Part shown: piece after piece, positions 29,246 through 33,116 of the stretch | How the letters are laid out: each line of letters opens with the position of its first letter | Position numbering within the stretch: the first letter of the stretch is position 1 | Assembly (NCBI GenBank): GCA_018238545.1 | Contig: JABCTC010000037.1 | Coordinates: 1 to 33,116, forward strand | From: Candidatus Heimdallarchaeota archaeon | Lineage (GTDB): Archaea > Asgardarchaeota > Heimdallarchaeia > Heimdallarchaeales > Heimdallarchaeaceae | Length of the DNA: 33,116 nucleotides | Reading direction: 5' to 3' | The notes under the pieces: model-generated | The model's database searches: none | Told to the model about the DNA's origin: nothing | The model's input: the letters and a program-made list of their open reading frames with translations, nothing else | Program-made: the position numbers and the translations under genes

Positions 29246-29288
29246 TTTCCATATTTTTCCCTGTTTTTTCACATCTCTTTCAATATAG
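29246..29288 (+). promoter_or_regulatory. conserved upstream motif, copy 3 (upstream of the rightward pseudo-receiver/GTPase operon)
   Basis: TTTCCATATTTTTCCCTGTTTTTTCACATCTCTTTCAATATAG; inverted relative to copy 1. Confidence 0.7.
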
Positions 29289-29353
29289 TGTTATTACTAA
29301 ATATGATATTATCAATTGAAAAAAAAACTTATAGAACAAGAGGAGTAAATAAA

Positions 29354-29905
29354 TTGAACTCTAAAAACAAAAATGTCAAAGAAGAAAGTGAAACTTCTGA
29401 TGATTCTACAAGAGGCATTTTAGACCTAGTTTCAGAGAAATCTGACAAAAAATTAATCAAGCAATTAAATGATTTTCTAAAATCTAAACTTAAGTTACCA
29501 AGATTTCGAAATAGAGATATAAACAGAGATGTTTTAGTTGTTGCTAGAAACTTTCAAACAAGATATCTTTTCGAGATAATATTAAGAAAACAAGGTTTTT
29601 CAGTTACAACTATATCTAACGTAGATGAAATTTTAGATATAATCAATGGTAATTACAAAGTAATTCTTTTTGATGAAACAGACCACAATACAGAAGACTT
29701 AGATATTATTGAATTGATAAAAATGTCCAATCCTGAAGTAAAACTACTGACAATTTCAAAGAATCTTAAATCTAATCATCAAACAAGTGTTCCCAGTTCT
29801 AATAAAATGGTTTCAAATTACAGAGTTAAAGCTGTAGGTGAATCATCATCTAAAATATCAAATTCATTTACTGTTAAGGAAATTACAATTAGCAAGAGTG
29901 TTTAA
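29354..29905 (+). CDS. degenerate (pseudo-)receiver domain protein
   Basis: VLVVARN..TRYLFEIILRKQGFSV...YKVILFDE...IELIKMSNPEVKLLTIS fits the REC fold but lacks the acidic pair and KP. Start taken as TTG 29354 behind GAGGAG (ORF track starts at 29288). Confidence 0.6.
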   Translation: MNSKNKNVKEESETSDDSTRGILDLVSEKSDKKLIKQLNDFLKSKLKLPRFRNRDINRDVLVVARNFQTRYLFEIILRKQGFSVTTISNVDEILDIINGNYKVILFDETDHNTEDLDIIELIKMSNPEVKLLTISKNLKSNHQTSVPSSNKMVSNYRVKAVGESSSKISNSFTVKEITISKSV

Positions 29906-29907
29906 AA

Positions 29908-30810
29908 ATGGGAACTAGAAAACAACCAGTCAATATCGTGATACTGGGTATAGAGAATGCAGGAAAAACCACTCTCTTAAGAAACATCTCAGGAATGAAA
30001 TTTGCTGAGACTTTGACTACCATTGGTTTGAATGTTGAGATGTTAAAACACAAAGGATTTGATTTCCAAGCAATAGATATCGGAGGACAGCTTCATTTTC
30101 GTGAAACAATGTGGCAATATTACACGACTTTAGCAAAAGGGGCTATTTTCGTATTTGATATTTTTGACAGGAGCAAATTCACAGAAGCTAAAAAATGGTT
30201 TGAATATATTTCACATAGACTTTCAAAAAAAGCAGTTCTAATGTTTCTAGCTAATAAAATAGATCTTAAAGATGAAGACGATACATTTCTAACAACTGAA
30301 GAAATAATAAATATGTTTAAACTTGATGATGTTTTCAGATACCCTGAAAGATCCTTTAGAATATGGGAAACATCAGCTAAAACAGGTGAAAATGTAGATA
30401 ACGCAATTTCATGGATGTTCAATAAACTAGTGGAGTATATCAAAGAGGAAACAAGAATCTCTTTTGTATCGATTTTAAATCAGAACAATGAAATCATATA
30501 TCGGACATCAGTAACCAAGAAAAATGATGAATATGAGACAATCATTAAGAAATGCATTGGTCAGATGAATGATCTTGGTGCAAATGAAAACATGATCTCA
30601 ATACAAGATTGTTCCGCAAGTATAAGAAAAGAAAAGGATTTCAGCGTAGTTGTAGGGGCTGAAAGTAACGTGTCTAAAGACGATCTATCTATTGTAACAC
30701 TATCTATAGCTCAAATAATAAAAGATGACTTTTACCCTCCTGAAAATTTCAAAGAACAATTAGATGAAGTTGTAAACATTGCTCTTCTTCAACAGTTAAA
30801 CAAAAAATAG
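29908..30810 (+). CDS. Arf-like small GTPase with C-terminal longin/roadblock-like domain
   Basis: GIENAGKT, TTIG, DIGGQ, W.YY, LANKID, ETSAK; ~120-aa C-terminal extension. Confidence 0.88.
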   Translation: MGTRKQPVNIVILGIENAGKTTLLRNISGMKFAETLTTIGLNVEMLKHKGFDFQAIDIGGQLHFRETMWQYYTTLAKGAIFVFDIFDRSKFTEAKKWFEYISHRLSKKAVLMFLANKIDLKDEDDTFLTTEEIINMFKLDDVFRYPERSFRIWETSAKTGENVDNAISWMFNKLVEYIKEETRISFVSILNQNNEIIYRTSVTKKNDEYETIIKKCIGQMNDLGANENMISIQDCSASIRKEKDFSVVVGAESNVSKDDLSIVTLSIAQIIKDDFYPPENFKEQLDEVVNIALLQQLNKK

Positions 30811-30814
30811 AGAG

Positions 30815-31765
30815 ATGATTAAAATTAAGAGAACTACCATAGCAATTACCGGATTACCCAAAGCAGGAAAAACATGTTTCACACAGAGACTCATAACAGG
30901 GAATCATGTTGAATCTCAACCTACTTATGGGGTGGATGTAGAATTTGCCTCATATAGGGATCTTCCTTTACAGATCTGGGATATGGGGGGACATATGGCA
31001 TTTAGAACACATATTTGGGAAAATTACATCAAAATGTCTTCTGGATTAATATATATCTTTGATGCTTCAGATTTATCACAGATTGAGGAAAGCGCTGAAT
31101 GGTTTTGGAAATGCTTCTCTTGGATAGAAGATAAGAAAGCCCCCATATTGTTTTTAGCTAACAAATGGGATTTAGTTGAAGATGAAGAAGCTGTAATTAA
31201 TACTATTGTTTCAGGTTTCAGATTAAATGAAATTGCTCTTAAATCTATAGATTCTCCTTTCAGATTCTTCTTCGTATCTGTGAAATCTGGGGCTTACATC
31301 TCCGAAGCTATGAATTGGTTGGTTGTAAAACAGTTTATTGAGAAGAGAAAATTTCAGAATAAAATACTTTCATTAGATATTTTTGTAAAAATCGATAACA
31401 GCATAGCGCATATTCATGATAATTCACGGGAAAGAAATGAAGTTATTGGCACAATTAATACATATAAAAAGAAGTTTGAAGAATCTGATGATAATTCATT
31501 AAATTTGCTCGAAGAAATAAGTTATGACGGTCATAAGGTGCTTTACATTTCATATTCCCAATTATCCCTATTAGTTATTTCTAGAGATGATTTTATTGAT
31601 AGATCAGGATTTTCAAATATCTTGGATAAAATCAAAACAGATCAATGTTTTGAGGATGTTAATGAATTCTATACTTTATACGAAAATATCAAGGATTCAG
31701 TTTCGAATAATTTTCATGTAGATATTACTTCCACACTTAGTTGTGATTTACTAATAACTAATTGA
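30815..31765 (+). CDS. Arf/Sar-like small GTPase with C-terminal extension
   Basis: GLPKAGKT, PTYG, WDMGGH, LANKWD, VSVK; ~135-aa C-terminal extension. Confidence 0.88.
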   Translation: MIKIKRTTIAITGLPKAGKTCFTQRLITGNHVESQPTYGVDVEFASYRDLPLQIWDMGGHMAFRTHIWENYIKMSSGLIYIFDASDLSQIEESAEWFWKCFSWIEDKKAPILFLANKWDLVEDEEAVINTIVSGFRLNEIALKSIDSPFRFFFVSVKSGAYISEAMNWLVVKQFIEKRKFQNKILSLDIFVKIDNSIAHIHDNSRERNEVIGTINTYKKKFEESDDNSLNLLEEISYDGHKVLYISYSQLSLLVISRDDFIDRSGFSNILDKIKTDQCFEDVNEFYTLYENIKDSVSNNFHVDITSTLSCDLLITN

Positions 31766-31795
31766 ATCAATGTCTTTTGAAAAAGGAAAAAGAGA

Positions 31796-32860
31796 TTAAA
31801 GAGGTAGAAATGAATCCTCTTCTTTTATGTCTTTGATGAATTCCACCATTAGTTTTATGATGTTTTTTACGTCTTCTAAGTGAATAATTTCTGAAGCTGT
31901 ATGCATGTATCTATTGGGGATAGCAACCAATCCTGTTGCAGCACCTGCAAGTTGTATAGCATTTGCATCAGTTCCAGTTCCTCTATTAGCAGCATGTCTT
32001 TGACTTGGTATTCCATGTTTTTCTGCTGTCTCAAAGAGTCGTTTAACTACGACTGGATTGAGATTTGGACCGATTGATATAATTGGACCTCCTCCCATTT
32101 TTGTATCACCTATTGCTTTCTTCTCCATATCGGGTGCATCTGCTGCAAATCCTACGTCAAATGCTATTCCAACATCAGGTTTTAGGTTTCTAGCTGATAC
32201 TGTAGCACCCCTTAAGCCTATCTCTTCTTGAACTGTTGAAACTCCATATACTCCTGCATAGAAACTCTTGTCTTTTGCCAATTCCTTCATAATTTCTGCT
32301 ACAATAAAAGCACCAATAGCATCATCAAATCCAGCAGCAACTGCTAAACCATCATCACCTAAGCGTGCGTAGCCATAATCAAAAACGGCAAAATCGCCAA
32401 CATCAACCTTAGTCAATGCTTCTTTCTTATCTTTGCATCCTATATCAATAAAGAGTTTTTCCATTTCTGGAGCTTTCTTGCGTTCTTCAGGTTTCATTAA
32501 ATGGATTGCTTTCTTTCCTATTACACCTAAAAATTCGCCTTTTTCACTGTAAACCTTCACACGTTTTCCAGGTAGTGTTGTAGTATCAAAACCACCCAGA
32601 GGAAGGAACCAAAGATAACCATTGTCATCAATATAAGAGATCTGAAAACCGATTTGGTCTATATGTCCAGCAAGCATAATCTTGAAAGGACTATCTGGAT
32701 TAATTATTGCACAAAGATTACCTAAATTATCAGTTGTAATCTTATCAACGACATTTTCGAGATATGATTTCATCTCTAACTGAGCAGGGAATTCATATCC
32801 TGTTGCTCTTGGTACTGAAACTAGTTTTGCTAAAAATTCTTCGTTTACTTCATAACTCAA
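31796..32860 (-). CDS. M42 family metallo-aminopeptidase (TET/FrvX-like)
   Basis: G.E, DNLGN, AGHIDQIG, LGGFD, FDD..G, QEEIGLRGA, DV, GTGTDA, IPNRYMHT..E. Confidence 0.93.
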   Translation of the reverse strand: MSYEVNEEFLAKLVSVPRATGYEFPAQLEMKSYLENVVDKITTDNLGNLCAIINPDSPFKIMLAGHIDQIGFQISYIDDNGYLWFLPLGGFDTTTLPGKRVKVYSEKGEFLGVIGKKAIHLMKPEERKKAPEMEKLFIDIGCKDKKEALTKVDVGDFAVFDYGYARLGDDGLAVAAGFDDAIGAFIVAEIMKELAKDKSFYAGVYGVSTVQEEIGLRGATVSARNLKPDVGIAFDVGFAADAPDMEKKAIGDTKMGGGPIISIGPNLNPVVVKRLFETAEKHGIPSQRHAANRGTGTDANAIQLAGAATGLVAIPNRYMHTASEIIHLEDVKNIIKLMVEFIKDIKEEDSFLPL

Positions 32861-32964
32861 TTAGGTCACCGCCTAACAATTTCTTCTTTACAAATTTATT
32901 TTTAAAGTATTTGCTTTCAGCATGAGTAACCTTTCCGAACGTTAACGAACATTTAAGGTCTTCA

Positions 32965-33116
32965 ACTGTTATCATCTCTATAGCGATTGCTCTAAACAGT
33001 CCAACAGTGAGGATGACTCACGGCATCCACTGTCCCGTAGGTGAAAACCAGCGGGAATACTTTTCGACCGATATTGCCAGCTGAGTTGCAATCAGCGTTA
33101 AGCAGGATACCGGTTT
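32965..33116 (+). ncRNA. structured non-coding region (possibly a stable-RNA or pre-rRNA leader), running off the window edge
   Basis: GC-richer than flanks, no ORF. Hairpins ACAGTG..GATG/CATC..CACTGT (33004-33033), CCCG..GGT-GAAA-ACC..CGGG (33034-33055, GNRA loop), GCTGA/TCAGC (33080-33096). TTTAAG box at 32952. Confidence 0.4.

Noticed and set aside
19033-29288. 43-bp inverted copies read as transposon terminal inverted repeats or an invertible segment around the two-component block
   Set aside because: No transposase inside, no target-site duplication seen, only 37/43 identity, and a third internal copy sits upstream of another operon. A shared operator explains all three better, although inversion is not formally excluded without reads.
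4310-30443. Short antisense or overlapping ORFs in the track (e.g. 4310-4495, 14983-15315, 16090-16476, 20372-20797, 27276-27605, 30120-30443)
   Set aside because: Shadow ORFs opposite or inside well-supported genes, with no recognisable motifs.
33105-33116. ataccggttt as the 16S rRNA 5' end
   Set aside because: Does not match ATTCCGGTTGATCC and is too short to call.

Overview
AT-rich archaeal DNA, most likely from an Asgard archaeon (Heimdallarchaeia-like). This is an inference from five small Ras-superfamily GTPases, longin-like domains, DUF835/MEDS signalling proteins and archaeal TATA/T-tract signals. The left part (1-12.9 kb) is mostly metabolic: AmmeMemoRadiSam radical SAM enzyme, 7TM-longin-like protein, MTA/SAH deaminase-like amidohydrolase, DMT transporter, eIF2B-family protein, a serine recombinase preceded by tandem palindromes, a small GTPase, and an NAD-kinase-wHTH fusion divergent from nadA-nadC. 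The main feature is a ~19-kb signalling island (12957-31765) with mirror-like organisation. A central PAS/two-component block (7xPAS-DUF835-wHTH regulator, hybrid histidine kinase, two stand-alone receivers, second kinase) is flanked on both sides by outward-pointing operons, each carrying two Arf/Sar-like GTPases with C-terminal extensions. The left operon ends in a 926-aa protein with nine tandem 28-aa WH2-like (Spire-like actin-binding) repeats plus TPRs. All three operons share a conserved, helically phased upstream motif. Together this suggests a sensor-to-GTPase-to-actin regulon (inferred, not demonstrated). Both window ends contain promoter-preceded structured non-coding sequence.
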